DNA of 26,884 bases from Salinarchaeum sp. (GCA_046540195.1 JBKHFN010000001.1:1-26884), one strand, 5' to 3'; counted from the stretch's first letter, positions 1-10,013 are shown. The notes: a model not told the origin generated them from the sequence alone. Translations and numbers: made by a program.

Positions 1-679
1 TGTAGGGGACGTAGGACTTGGCGTCCTTGTTCCAGGTCGGACACTGCGTGAGGAAATCGATGTGGGCAAACCCATCATGCTCAATCGCCTCGGCGATGAT
101 CTCCTGAGCCTGTCGCGGATTGGTTGCCGCGGTCCGAGCGACATAGGAGGCACCGGCTGACAGCGACCACGAGAGCGGTCGAACGGGGTCTTTGGCCGAC
201 CCGTGGGGCTGAGTCTTCGACTTATGTCCCTTTGGACTAGTCGGCGAGGTCTGGCCCTTGGTCAGCCCGAAGATCTCGTTGTTGAACACGATGTACGTCA
301 GGTCGTGGTTCTCCCGCGCGGTGTGCATGAAGTGGTTGCCACCGATGCCATAGCCATCACCGTCACCGCCGGCGGCAATCACCTCAAGATCGGGATTCGA
401 GAGTTTCGCTCCACGGGCAACCGGGAGGGCCCGGCCGTGAATAGCATGATAGCCGTAGGTGTCGACGTAACTGTTGAGCTTGCCCGAACAGCCGATCCCG
501 GTGACGACGAGCGTCTCGTCGGGTCCCTTGCTGACATCGGAGAGTGCGCCCTTCAGAGACTTGGCGACCGCAAAGTCACCGCAGCCCGGACACCACGTCG
601 GCTGGGGCTCTCCCTCAGGAGTGTAGTCATCGCGGCTATGCTCGTGTGGGTCGTTGATCGCGCTGAAGTCACTACTCAT
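1..679 (-). CDS. porB: 2-oxoacid (probably pyruvate):ferredoxin oxidoreductase beta subunit; 3' end runs off the window
   Basis: Not in the ORF track. Hand translation from ATG 679: MSSDFSAIND...PTWCPGCGDF...GIGCSGK...HGRALPVA...GGDGDGYGIGGNHF...NNEIFGLTKGQTSPT, which are the TPP-binding beta-subunit motifs. Starts 2 nt after the alpha-subunit stop. Confidence 0.93.
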   Translation of the reverse strand, partial: MSSDFSAINDPHEHSRDDYTPEGEPQPTWCPGCGDFAVAKSLKGALSDVSKGPDETLVVTGIGCSGKLNSYVDTYGYHAIHGRALPVARGAKLSNPDLEVIAAGGDGDGYGIGGNHFMHTARENHDLTYIVFNNEIFGLTKGQTSPTSPKGHKSKTQPHGSAKDPVRPLSWSLSAGASYVARTAATNPRQAQEIIAEAIEHDGFAHIDFLTQCPTWNKDAKSYVPY

Positions 680-681
680 GA

Positions 682-2577
682 TCAGTCATCTGCGGTGTGC
701 CGGAGTTTCGCCGTCGTCGATACCAGTGTGTCCCGATCGTCGAGGATTTCGACCTCAAAGCCATCGACAATCTCGCCGGGGGTGAACGGTTCGCCGTCAT
801 ATTTGAGAAGGCTCGCCAGCTGATCGCCGAATCGGCCGAGTTCCCGCTGAATCAGCCCGCGGAACTGCCCGCTGGCGTTCATCTCGACGACAAGGGCTTC
901 ATCAACGGACTCTAAGAAGGCGATCATCTCCTCGTCGGGGAACGGCAGCAGTTGGCTGACTCCCAGACCCTTGACCGAGACGCCTTGGTCGGTAAGTCGT
1001 TCGACCGCCTCGAAAACGGTGTCCTGCTGCGTGCCCCACGTGATGATGCCGTAGGTGGCGTCCTCGGGACCGACGTGACGCTGGAGGCCTGTCGACTGCT
1101 CGGCGAGGTCATCCTCAACTGCATCGAGTTTCGCCATCCGACGGTCCATCTGAGCGGTCCGGATCTCTGGGTCTTCAGTAATGTGACCGCTCGGAACGTG
1201 CTCGTTGCCTGTTGCGAGGAACCGACCGCCGGACTGGCCCGGAACCGACCGCGGTACCGCCGTCTCGGCGTTCACGTCGAAGCGCTCGTACTTGCCGGAG
1301 ACATCGTGAGCGGCTTCGGCGAGGTCCTCCTCGGTCATGACGTTGCCCGGATCGGTCGTCGGCTCACGATCAAAGAAGTCTGCCGGGAGCGTTCGGTTCT
1401 CGCCGGAGAACTTCTGATCATAGACAATGATCGCCGGTAGGTGGTACTCATAGGCCAACTCGAAGGCCAGGCGAGTCTGATCGTAGGCCTCTCGGAGGGT
1501 TCCCGGAGCGAATACGATGCGGTTGGAGTCACCCTGACTGGTGTACAGCACGTGCTCAAGATCGGCCTGTTCGGGCTTTGTCGGCATGCCCGTTGATGGG
1601 CCGGCGCGCATGGCCTCAAGCAACACCAGCGGTGTCTCGGTCATCTCAGCGAGGCCAACAGCCTCGGACATCAACGCGAAGCCACCGCCGGAGGAGCCAG
1701 ACATCGCCCGCACCCCGGCGTGGGAGGCCCCGATCGCCAGGTTGATCGCCGCAATCTCGTCTTCAACCTGCTCGGAGACGCCATCAAACGACGGCAGGTT
1801 CTGGGACATGATGGTGAACACGTCCGTCCACGGCGTCATCGGGTAGCCCGAAATGAACCGACAGCCCGCATCAAGTGCCCCGTAGGCGATGGCATTTGAC
1901 CCTGAGAGGAGCGCCGGCTGGCTGTCATGCTCGCCGTCAGGGACGGCGACATCGTGGTCCGCCTCAAGTTCGGTATCGACGAGTTCAACCGCATCTGAGA
2001 GGACATTCAGGTTTTGATCGCGGATATCACCGTCCATCGACTCCGTGATAATCTCCTCAATGTAGGAGACATCGAAACCAACGAGTTCGGCAACAACGCC
2101 GACGCCGGCAGTATTACGCATGACATCCCGGCCGTGTTCGCGCGCAATTGCCTGGAGATCAACCGGATAGACCTGCCAGTCGTGTTCGGCGGCGCGCTCG
2201 TCAAAGTTTTCGATGGCATCGGTGTCGAGAACGCCGTCGTCGTAGACGATGATCCCGCCGTCACGGAGGTCATCAAGGTTCTCCGCAAGCGGTTTGATCT
2301 GCTCGTTGTCGTAGTAGGCGTCCTCGTCGGTGCTCCGAGCAAAGGAGTCCCCCAGTGCGAGCAGACAGTCGTACTCGTCCGCGCGGGCCCCAACCGGATC
2401 AGGGGCCGCCCGAACCTCAACGTAGGTGTGGCCGCCGCGGATCCGTGAAGGAAAGTGTCTATGCGTGAAGACGTGCAGTCCAGAGCGCATCAGCGCGGTC
2501 GCAAAGTTCCGACTCGTGGAGTCGATCCCGTCGCCGGAGCCACCTGCGATCCGCCAGATGAATTCATCCGAATGCAT
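682..2577 (-). CDS. porA: 2-oxoacid:ferredoxin oxidoreductase alpha subunit, haloarchaeal pyruvate type
   Basis: 631 aa with IAGGSGDGIDS, HFPSRIRGGH, GYPMTPWT, QVEDEIAA, SGSSGGGFALMSE and RAGPSTGMPT motifs. The N-terminus 'IWRIAGGSGDG' resembles the haloarchaeal pyruvate enzyme more than KorA (recalled, not searched). Confidence 0.9.
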   Translation of the reverse strand: MHSDEFIWRIAGGSGDGIDSTSRNFATALMRSGLHVFTHRHFPSRIRGGHTYVEVRAAPDPVGARADEYDCLLALGDSFARSTDEDAYYDNEQIKPLAENLDDLRDGGIIVYDDGVLDTDAIENFDERAAEHDWQVYPVDLQAIAREHGRDVMRNTAGVGVVAELVGFDVSYIEEIITESMDGDIRDQNLNVLSDAVELVDTELEADHDVAVPDGEHDSQPALLSGSNAIAYGALDAGCRFISGYPMTPWTDVFTIMSQNLPSFDGVSEQVEDEIAAINLAIGASHAGVRAMSGSSGGGFALMSEAVGLAEMTETPLVLLEAMRAGPSTGMPTKPEQADLEHVLYTSQGDSNRIVFAPGTLREAYDQTRLAFELAYEYHLPAIIVYDQKFSGENRTLPADFFDREPTTDPGNVMTEEDLAEAAHDVSGKYERFDVNAETAVPRSVPGQSGGRFLATGNEHVPSGHITEDPEIRTAQMDRRMAKLDAVEDDLAEQSTGLQRHVGPEDATYGIITWGTQQDTVFEAVERLTDQGVSVKGLGVSQLLPFPDEEMIAFLESVDEALVVEMNASGQFRGLIQRELGRFGDQLASLLKYDGEPFTPGEIVDGFEVEILDDRDTLVSTTAKLRHTADD

Positions 2578-2765
2578 GGGTGACCATCGGCCAGCCGCTG
2601 GCCGGGAGTATTGTGACAGTTCGTCCAGTAATACTAAAGCGTTTGCTATAGATTACCAAGAATAGATCGTGAAGGTTTGCTGCAAGTCCACGGATACCGG
2701 CGAATAACGGGGTGTATTTTCAGCCAACAGTAATGCACAATGATGCACAATCGCCCGGCGAGGAC

Positions 2766-3956
2766 TCACTCCTCGCGTCGGGGATTCGAGGGATGATACT
2801 CGGTATCGTAGACGCCCGGCCGGTCATCAAGCCGGTCGGGATTAAGTCGGCCACCGAGCAGCATGAAATCAAGCACGGTTACATAGAGCATGGCCTCAAC
2901 GACGGGCACTGCACGTGGGGGTAACGACGGGTCATGTCGGCCAACAACATTGATATCCTCGTGCTCGCCGGTCTCCCAGTCGACCGTCGTCTGCTCTTTG
3001 GGGATCGATGTCGGCGCGTGCCAGGTCACCTCACCGTAGATCGGCTCGCCGGTCGTGATCCCCCCCTGGAGGCCGGCATGGTCGTTGCCCTCCGGAACCG
3101 GGTCGCCCTCCTCAGCGACCGTCGCCGGGCGAGTCTCACCGTCTGCAAACGTCCAGTCCTCGTTGCGATCAGAGCCAGCGACCGCCGCAGCATCACGCCC
3201 AAGGCCAAACTCGACAGCGGTTGTCGCTGGGATGGCGAACATTGCCTGGCCGAGTCGCGCCGGAATGCTATCAAAGCGCGGAGCTCCCAGTCCGCGGGGA
3301 ATCCCGCGGGCCTCAAAGTAAATCGTTCCGCCGACGGAGTCACCACGCTTCTGGTACTCCTCAAGCAGTTCGCGCATCTCCTCGGCCGTCTCCAGATCCG
3401 CACACCGCACCTCTGTCTCTTCAGTATTCTCAAGCATCTCCTCGAAACTCACCGGCGACGCCTTGATGTCGTGAAGCTGGTTGACGTGTGCCTTGATCTG
3501 GACATCGTACTCGGACTGGTTGAGCACCTGCTTGGCAACGGCGCCGGCGGCGACCCAGTTAACCGTCTCGCGGGCCGACGAGCGGCCTCCACCGCCCCAG
3601 TTGCGAGTACCGAACTTCGCAGAATAGGTGTAATCGCCATGTGAGGGACGGGGAGCCGTCACGAACGGCTCGTACTTGCCCGAACGGGCGTCTTTGTTCT
3701 GAATGACCATCCCGATCGGCGTGCCGGTCGTGTAGCCATCCTCCAGACCAGAGTTGATCTGCACCCGGTCGGGCTCCCCCCGACTCGTCGTGATCGTCGA
3801 CTGTCCAGGCTTGCGGCGGTCGAGTTCGCGCTGGATGTCCGCCTCGTCGAGTTCGACGCCGGCCGGACAGCCCGAGACGGTCACGCCCATCGCCTCGCCG
3901 TGGCTCTCACCGTATGTCGTCACTTCGAAGAGCCGACCGAATCGGTTCCCGTTCAT
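2766..3956 (-). CDS. aroC: chorismate synthase
   Basis: TTYGESHG, RRKPGQS, PRPSHGD, GGRSSARET, GLQGGIT and GRHDP signature motifs; 396 aa. Confidence 0.97.
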   Translation of the reverse strand: MNGNRFGRLFEVTTYGESHGEAMGVTVSGCPAGVELDEADIQRELDRRKPGQSTITTSRGEPDRVQINSGLEDGYTTGTPIGMVIQNKDARSGKYEPFVTAPRPSHGDYTYSAKFGTRNWGGGGRSSARETVNWVAAGAVAKQVLNQSEYDVQIKAHVNQLHDIKASPVSFEEMLENTEETEVRCADLETAEEMRELLEEYQKRGDSVGGTIYFEARGIPRGLGAPRFDSIPARLGQAMFAIPATTAVEFGLGRDAAAVAGSDRNEDWTFADGETRPATVAEEGDPVPEGNDHAGLQGGITTGEPIYGEVTWHAPTSIPKEQTTVDWETGEHEDINVVGRHDPSLPPRAVPVVEAMLYVTVLDFMLLGGRLNPDRLDDRPGVYDTEYHPSNPRREE

Positions 3957-4005
3957 ATCCGTTGGTGAGAGTCCCCAGCATATGACCGTTTGGCCTTCCC
4001 CCCGA

Positions 4006-5297
4006 TCACTCCTGCCGCTTGAGGGTCACTCCGAGCTCCTCAAACAACTCGAAGAAGCCGGGGAACGACACATCAACGTGCTCCGCATCTGCAATCGTGA
4101 TCGGTCCCTCAGCGACAAGTCCAGCGATCGACAGCGCCATGATGATCCGGTGATCGTGGCGGCCATCAACGTGTCCATCGGTGAGGGTGCTTTCGGCGCC
4201 GTGGACGATTAGCTCGTCCTGTCGCTCCTCAACATGTGCTCCAAGGGTCTCGAGTGCGTCGGCCATCGCGGACACCCGATCAGTCTCCTTGTACCGGACA
4301 TGTTCGCACTCGGTGATACGAGTCGTGCCATCAGCGATCGCACCGAGCACGGCAATCGTCGGCAGCAGATCCGGCGTATTCGCGACATCAACGGTCACCC
4401 CGGTCAACGAGGACTGGGTAATCGTGATCTCACCCGCCTCGCGATCCCACTGGAGATCTGCTCCCATCCGATCGAGTATGTCAACAATCGCGGTATCGCC
4501 TTGGGCACTCGGGCGTGCCCCGCCACGCGCAGTCCTGACGGGGCCGCAACGGCACCGGCCGCAAGCAGGTACGACAGCGAGGAAAAATCCCCAGGAACCT
4601 GATATTTTCTCCCCGGCGGATCATAGGTCTGCCCGCCATCGACAGCAAAGCCGTCGGTCGTATGACGCGCGTCAACCCCGAAGGCATCAAGCAGTTCGAT
4701 CGTAATCTCGACGTACGGCGCTGACTTCAGCTCAGTCTCAAGGGCGACCTCAATGCCGTCACGCGTAACAGCGCCAGCCATCAGCAGCGCCGTGATAAAC
4801 TGCGAGGAGACATCACCCGGGATCGACACTCGGCCGCCGTCAATTGGTCCGGTGACAACAAGCGGGGCCTGTCCATTGTCCCGAGTGCTCCGCGCTTGGC
4901 CGCCGAGTTGGTCGACCGCCGAGAGCAACGGCCCCTGTGGACGCGAGCGCAAGGAGGCGTCGCCGGTCAACACGGTCACGCCGTCAGCGAGCGCCGCTGC
5001 GGCCGTTACGAGCCGGATGGTCGTCCCGCTGTTTGCACAGTCGATGACATCCGCGGGTACAGCCGGCCGGCCATCGAAGCCCGTCACCTGTAGTCGCTCG
5101 TCGGCCATCTCGACACTACCGCCGAAGGCCTCCACCGCGTGCATCGTTGCCCGGGTGTCCGCGCTCACCAGCGGTGCCTCAATCGTCGTCTCTGAGGGGC
5201 CATAACCGGCCGCGAGAATCGCCCGGTGGCTATAACTCTTCGATGGGGGAGCGCGAGCCCGCCCGCCGACATCACTGGCCCGAATGGTCACGTCCAT
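4006..5297 (-). pseudogene. aroA: EPSP synthase interrupted by a single-base frameshift at 4518-4521 (real lesion or sequencing error)
   Basis: The N-terminal part ([36 protein letters not shown]) and the C-terminal part (PDLLPT, RYKETDR, DHRIIMA, SFPGFF) lie in different frames. Adding one base to the C4 run gives 1293 nt = 430 aa and reads ...[22 protein letters not shown]... Confidence 0.93.
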
Positions 5298-5549
5298 GTC
5301 AGAGCCAACGGGGGAGGCCCCTATCATGATTGTGCCATTCGATGGCGACTAGTCGTCTCTTGGAAAACAGCGCCCGGCGTGTTCGTCGCGAACGTCTGTT
5401 GAGCGTATCGAGCACGGTGAGGGGGTCAACGAGCCGCGCACTTTTCGCACATGTCCACGCTTCCCAGGGCGACACGGTGACACAGGAGCTGCCGGGGTGA
5501 CGGCGAGCGACGGGAAGATTTGAAGGGCTTGGCCGCTGAGTGTCAGAGG

Positions 5550-7007
5550 ATGATCACGAGCGAACGGATGGCGATGGTTGATCGCAACGCCGTCGCTGTC
5601 GGCGTGTCGCGACAGCAGCTCATGGAGTCAGCCGGGAATGCCGTTGCCCGGGCGGTTCGCGAGATGAGTGCGTCGGGTGACGCTGTTACTGTCATTGCCG
5701 GGCGCGGCAATAACGGTGGTGACGCCTTCGCGGCAACGCGGTTTCTCGACGACCGTTCGGTAACCGTCCTCTTGCTTGGTCGGGCTGATCGAATCCGGAG
5801 CGACCACGCCCAGGCCAACTGGGACGCACTTCAGCAGGGGGCATACGATACGCGGGAGGTGCGCGACTCGGCGGCTCTGCGCGAGGGCGCCGCGGGCGAC
5901 GCCATTGCGTCGGCAGACGTCATCGTCGACGGTATCCTCGGCACCGGTATCGCGGGAGAGCTCCGCGAACCCGCTGCATCGGCCGCCGCCCGGATCAACA
6001 ATGCCCCCGCACGTGTCGTCTCCGTTGACGTCCCATCGGGGGTAAACGCTGACACAGGTGCTGGCGCGACCGGCGCCGTCACCGCCGACCGCGTTGTTAC
6101 GTTCCACGACATGAAGCCCGGACTCGTGGATCTCGAAGCCGAGGTGACCGTCGCGGACATCGGCATTCCACCGGCAGCTGAGCGGTTCGTTGGCCCTGGT
6201 GACCTCCAGGCGCTCTCACGACCTGCAGACGCCCACAAGGGAGACAATGGCGAGGTACTGGTTGTCGGTGGCGGACCGTACTCGGGCGCACCGGCGCTCG
6301 CCGCCCAAGCTGCCCTCCGTGGTGGAGCCGATCTGGTGCGCGTCGCCTGTCCCGCGGCCGTCGCTGACGCGATCAAGGGATACAGCGAGAACCTGATTGT
6401 CCGAGCGCTTCCCGGCGATCACCTCAGACCGGACCACGTCGAGCGGCTTCAGACCCTTGCTGCTGAGCACAACAGTGTCGTCTTGGGACCCGGACTCGGT
6501 CGTGCTGATGCAAGTCTCAAGGCAGCGACCGACCTCCTCAAAACACTCGACGGTCGGGTTGTCGTCGATGCGGATCCACTGCAAGTCATCCCCGGGGTCG
6601 ATACCGATGCCGAACTACTGTGCACCCCCCATCGCGGAGAGCTGGCACGGATGGGCCAGGAGACGCCGGATGACTGGCACGAGCGGGCCGATATCGTCGG
6701 AGCCTTCGCCGCCGAGCTTGGTCATACACTCCTAGTCAAGGGCCCGAACGATATCATCTCCGATGGGACCGACACGCGCATCAACCGGACGGGAAATCCG
6801 GGCATGACCGTCGGGGGTACAGGCGATGTCCTCGCCGGATTAGCCGGCGCACTGCTCGCAACGCACCCGCCACTGCAGGCCGGGACGATCGCCGCATACG
6901 CCAACGGCGCTGCTGGCGACCGCATTGTCGAAGAACGGGGGTACGGTTTACTGGCAACCGACCTTCCACCGGTCGTCGCCGAAACGCTATGGAACACGGA
7001 CCGATGA
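5550..7007 (+). CDS. nnr: bifunctional NAD(P)H-hydrate epimerase/dehydratase (YjeF/Nnr)
   Basis: LMESAG, GRGNNGGD, DGILGTG, VDVPSG, HKGDNG, GPGLG, VVDAD, TPHRGE and GGTGDVLAG motifs. Start placed at ATG 5550, about 30 nt after a TTTGAAG box. Confidence 0.95.
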   Translation: MITSERMAMVDRNAVAVGVSRQQLMESAGNAVARAVREMSASGDAVTVIAGRGNNGGDAFAATRFLDDRSVTVLLLGRADRIRSDHAQANWDALQQGAYDTREVRDSAALREGAAGDAIASADVIVDGILGTGIAGELREPAASAAARINNAPARVVSVDVPSGVNADTGAGATGAVTADRVVTFHDMKPGLVDLEAEVTVADIGIPPAAERFVGPGDLQALSRPADAHKGDNGEVLVVGGGPYSGAPALAAQAALRGGADLVRVACPAAVADAIKGYSENLIVRALPGDHLRPDHVERLQTLAAEHNSVVLGPGLGRADASLKAATDLLKTLDGRVVVDADPLQVIPGVDTDAELLCTPHRGELARMGQETPDDWHERADIVGAFAAELGHTLLVKGPNDIISDGTDTRINRTGNPGMTVGGTGDVLAGLAGALLATHPPLQAGTIAAYANGAAGDRIVEERGYGLLATDLPPVVAETLWNTDR

Positions 7008-7486
7008 GCGACGACTTGACCCACACTGACGCAGATGGGACCGCCGAGATGGTTGATGTCGGGGACAAGCCCGATACAGCTCGACGGGCCGTCGCCACCG
7101 GAACGATCGATCTCCAACCAGCGACAATCGACGCGATTGAGGCGGACACCATTGAGAAGGGAAACGTCCTTGCGACCGCCCGAATCGGCGCAATCCGCGC
7201 GGTCAAACACACCTGGGAGACAGTTCCACTATGTCACCAGATTCCGATCACGAACATCGAGACGACATTCGATGTCCGTGATGAAGCGGTCACCATCGAG
7301 GTAGCCGTCGAGACGACCGGCAAGACCGGCTGTGAGATGGAGGCGATCCAGGGTGTGACGACCGGCCTCGGTGTCCTCTGGGACATGGTAAAGGCCGCCG
7401 AGAAGGACACCGATGGACAGTACCCGGAGACGCGTATCCACGACGTCCGAGTGCCCGAAAAGGAGAAGCGCCCCCTCGACACATGA
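7004..7486 (+). CDS. moaC: cyclic pyranopterin monophosphate synthase MoaC
   Basis: LTH...MVDVGDK, IPLCHQI-like VPLCHQI, TGCEMEA and WDMVKA motifs; ATGA overlap with the nnr stop. Confidence 0.96.
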   Translation: MSDDLTHTDADGTAEMVDVGDKPDTARRAVATGTIDLQPATIDAIEADTIEKGNVLATARIGAIRAVKHTWETVPLCHQIPITNIETTFDVRDEAVTIEVAVETTGKTGCEMEAIQGVTTGLGVLWDMVKAAEKDTDGQYPETRIHDVRVPEKEKRPLDT

Positions 7487-8220
7487 CGGGCTCCGCAACG
7501 TCGCTCCCGACTACACTGGCCGCCGAGTCGGGGATCGTCTGTGCCGTCGGCGCCGGCGGCAAGAAGACGACGTTGTACGCGCTCGCCGACGCGCTTGATC
7601 GCGCGGTTGTCACCGCCACCGTTCGGATTCCGATCTTCGACGACGCGGTTGCCGATGTCGTCGTAACCGACAATCCAGCGGCGGCTGTGCGGGCGACGGA
7701 TGACTGGCCAATCGGTGTTGTGCCCGAGCGCGAGCGCGAGGACCGCTACCGAGGGTACGCTCCATCAACGATTGCCACTATTGACGCCGTTCCAAGCGTC
7801 CAGACGACACTCGTCAAGGCCGATGGCGCGCGGATGCGCCAGCTCAAGGCACCGAACGATCATGAACCACAGCTTCCAGCGGGTGCCGACACCGTACTCG
7901 TGCTCGCGAGTGTCCACACCGTCGGTGAAGCGCTAACCGACGAGTGCGTCCACCGTCCCGAACAGGTAGCCACAATCACCGGCCGTGAGTATGGCGATGA
8001 ACTCACCCCGGTCGATGTCGCGACCGTTCTCGCAAGCGAACAGGGAGGACAGAAGGCCATCCCGGCGGACGCAACCGCCATTGCGGTGCTTAATATGGTT
8101 GATAACGATACTGACAGGGCCGTCGCCGAACGGATCGCCGACGCGATTAGTGAATCGGCGTTTGATCGCGTTGTCCTCGCACGGATGCAAACCCCCGAAA
8201 TCGTCGCCGTCCGGGAGTGA
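7483..8220 (+). CDS. yqeC: YqeC-family selenium/molybdenum-cofactor accessory protein
   Basis: VGAGGKKTTLY P-loop-like motif, VTATVRI and LVKADGARMRQLKAPNDHEPQLP match the YqeC pattern EADG..xxPLKAP..HEP; ATGA overlap with moaC. Confidence 0.85.
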   Translation: MTGSATSLPTTLAAESGIVCAVGAGGKKTTLYALADALDRAVVTATVRIPIFDDAVADVVVTDNPAAAVRATDDWPIGVVPEREREDRYRGYAPSTIATIDAVPSVQTTLVKADGARMRQLKAPNDHEPQLPAGADTVLVLASVHTVGEALTDECVHRPEQVATITGREYGDELTPVDVATVLASEQGGQKAIPADATAIAVLNMVDNDTDRAVAERIADAISESAFDRVVLARMQTPEIVAVRE

Positions 8221-8224
8221 TCGA

Positions 8225-8908
8225 TCAGACAAACTGCTTGACTACGGCTGTGAGGTCGCCCCGTGTGTCGACGCTTTTGAAGCCAATGCCAGCGTTGTGG
8301 GCGTTAATAAGTGACTCGCCGACAGGGGTCCACGACAACGAGTCAAGCGGGGCCAAGGCCTTGCGGTCCCCGCGCTCAAGGGCGCGTTCACAGGCGCGGT
8401 AAGTCGGCATCCGCCGGTACACCGCCTGCAGCGGTTCATACCAGCCCTCAGGCGATATCGGCACGACGGCATCGTACGGCGGACTGTCATCAGGGGGTGT
8501 CGGACCCGCGGCGGGGACTGAAGGTGGATCAAAGCGCCGGTCGTTCGTCACTACCGAAAAGAGCGCATCGACGAACGACGGCACGACCGCTGGCATGTCA
8601 CAGGCGAGCACCGCCACGAGGTTCCCATCAGCAGCGGCGAGTCCGGAGTACATACCGGCCACCGGTCCTTCGTCGGGATGGTCGTCAAGGGCGATCCGCG
8701 TCGATGTTGAACATCCGTCAATGGCGGCGCGGATCGCCTTGCGCTGTTCGGTCCGGCAGTTGACGATCACCTCGTCAACAACCGTACCGAGCCGATCGGC
8801 AACACGGCGGACCATCGGCGTACCGGCGATCTCAACGAGCGCCTTGTCGGCCCCTACGAACCGAGTTGATCGGCCACCGGCCAGGATCACCCCCGAGCGT
8901 GTCGTCAT
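8225..8908 (-). CDS. mobA: molybdenum cofactor guanylyltransferase
   Basis: GVILAGGRSTRF..DKAL, GPVAG, LACDMP and EPLQAVY motifs. Confidence 0.9.
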   Translation of the reverse strand: MTTRSGVILAGGRSTRFVGADKALVEIAGTPMVRRVADRLGTVVDEVIVNCRTEQRKAIRAAIDGCSTSTRIALDDHPDEGPVAGMYSGLAAADGNLVAVLACDMPAVVPSFVDALFSVVTNDRRFDPPSVPAAGPTPPDDSPPYDAVVPISPEGWYEPLQAVYRRMPTYRACERALERGDRKALAPLDSLSWTPVGESLINAHNAGIGFKSVDTRGDLTAVVKQFV

Positions 8909-8933
8909 CGCGAGTGATTACTCAGCAGGCAGA

Positions 8934-9971
8934 TTAGGCGTTACGCCGTCGGTGGGCAAGAATTCCCGCCCCGGCCAGCGCCGTAGCCGCCACGCCGATG
9001 CCAAACCCGGGCTGTGGGTCCTCCGAGGTGGGTGGCGTTGATGCGTTCACCGTCGTGTCAGCCACCGGAAGCGTCGCGTTCGGGTGGAAGGCGTGTGCCA
9101 TCCGGGTGAGTGGAGTGACGACCCGAGGTCCAGGCTGACTCACGCGGTCAGCATCAACTACGAGGACCTGGTCGGACTGGACAGCGGTCGTCTCCATGAA
9201 GGGGGTCTCGTTGGTTGGCACACCAGCGTGACTGGGCGTCACGATCCACTCGGGATCAGACTGCGCGATGACTTCCTCGGAGATCGGTCTGAAGCCGGTG
9301 ATTCCGGCCTCAGAAGCGACGTTCTCGCCACCCGCAGTCGTGATAAGTTCGCCGATGAAGGTCTCTTCGCCAGCGGCGTACCCGAAGAAGTAGTATAGCA
9401 CACGCGGCGAGTCGCGATCGGTCACTGCCGTCTCAATGGTCTCGACGTGCTGGCGCATGTCAACGACGGTCTGATCGGCGGCACTACACGCCCCGAGGAA
9501 CTGACCGAACAGTCGCGTCTGAGTGTAGATCTCATCGAGCGATGCCGGCTCCGAGCGCTGATAGACGGTGATCCCTGCGGTCCGAAGCTGTCGGATGGTT
9601 GCGTTCCCGACGTAGTTCGGAGCGATCACCAGGTCCGGCTGCTGGGCGATGACCGTCTCGACATCAATCGACTCAATCGATGATCCCGTCACATCGGTCT
9701 TGGTTTCCGAACCATCGAGATACGATGTGTACTCGCCGACGGGCATACCGACGACGCGGTCTTCGGCACCGATTGCCCAGATGATCTGGGCAGCCGCCGG
9801 TTCCAAGACGACGACGCGATCGGCCGGTGTTGTCACCTCGACGGTCGTGCCGGTGTGATCCTCAACCGTCACCGGGTAGGTACACTCCGCGGCAGCCCCC
9901 GTAGCGAGAGCACCGCCGGCACCAACGAGGAGAACGGTGACCAGCGCGATTCGAATAACGTTCCGTCGCAT
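8934..9971 (-). CDS. btuF: PGF-CTERM-anchored ABC substrate-binding protein, cobalamin/Fe-siderophore (BtuF) class
   Basis: N-terminal signal peptide; 'DVETVIAQQPDLVI' and 'QPGPRV' class III binding-protein motifs; C-terminal PGF + hydrophobic helix + RRR archaeosortase signal; divergent from btuCD. Confidence 0.85.
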   Translation of the reverse strand: MRRNVIRIALVTVLLVGAGGALATGAAAECTYPVTVEDHTGTTVEVTTPADRVVVLEPAAAQIIWAIGAEDRVVGMPVGEYTSYLDGSETKTDVTGSSIESIDVETVIAQQPDLVIAPNYVGNATIRQLRTAGITVYQRSEPASLDEIYTQTRLFGQFLGACSAADQTVVDMRQHVETIETAVTDRDSPRVLYYFFGYAAGEETFIGELITTAGGENVASEAGITGFRPISEEVIAQSDPEWIVTPSHAGVPTNETPFMETTAVQSDQVLVVDADRVSQPGPRVVTPLTRMAHAFHPNATLPVADTTVNASTPPTSEDPQPGFGIGVAATALAGAGILAHRRRNA

Positions 9972-9991
9972 AGGAGCGTCTGCGCGTCCAG

Positions 9992-10013
9992 TACAAAAGA
10001 GATTTAATTATTA
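9992..10013. promoter_or_regulatory. compact divergent promoter of btuF and btuC
   Basis: AT-rich core TTTAATTATTA at 10003-10013 within a 58-bp gap between the divergent start codons. Confidence 0.5.

Noticed and set aside
4006-5327. aroA as two genuine separate genes (307 aa and 153 aa in the ORF track)
   Set aside because: The ORFs overlap, the first ends in out-of-frame text, and a one-base correction gives a normal full-length protein
8218-8227. Palindrome TGATCGATCA joining the yqeC and mobA stops; 4-nt stop overlaps at 11846-11849 and 15276-15279
   Set aside because: Expected by-product of tightly packed convergent stop codons
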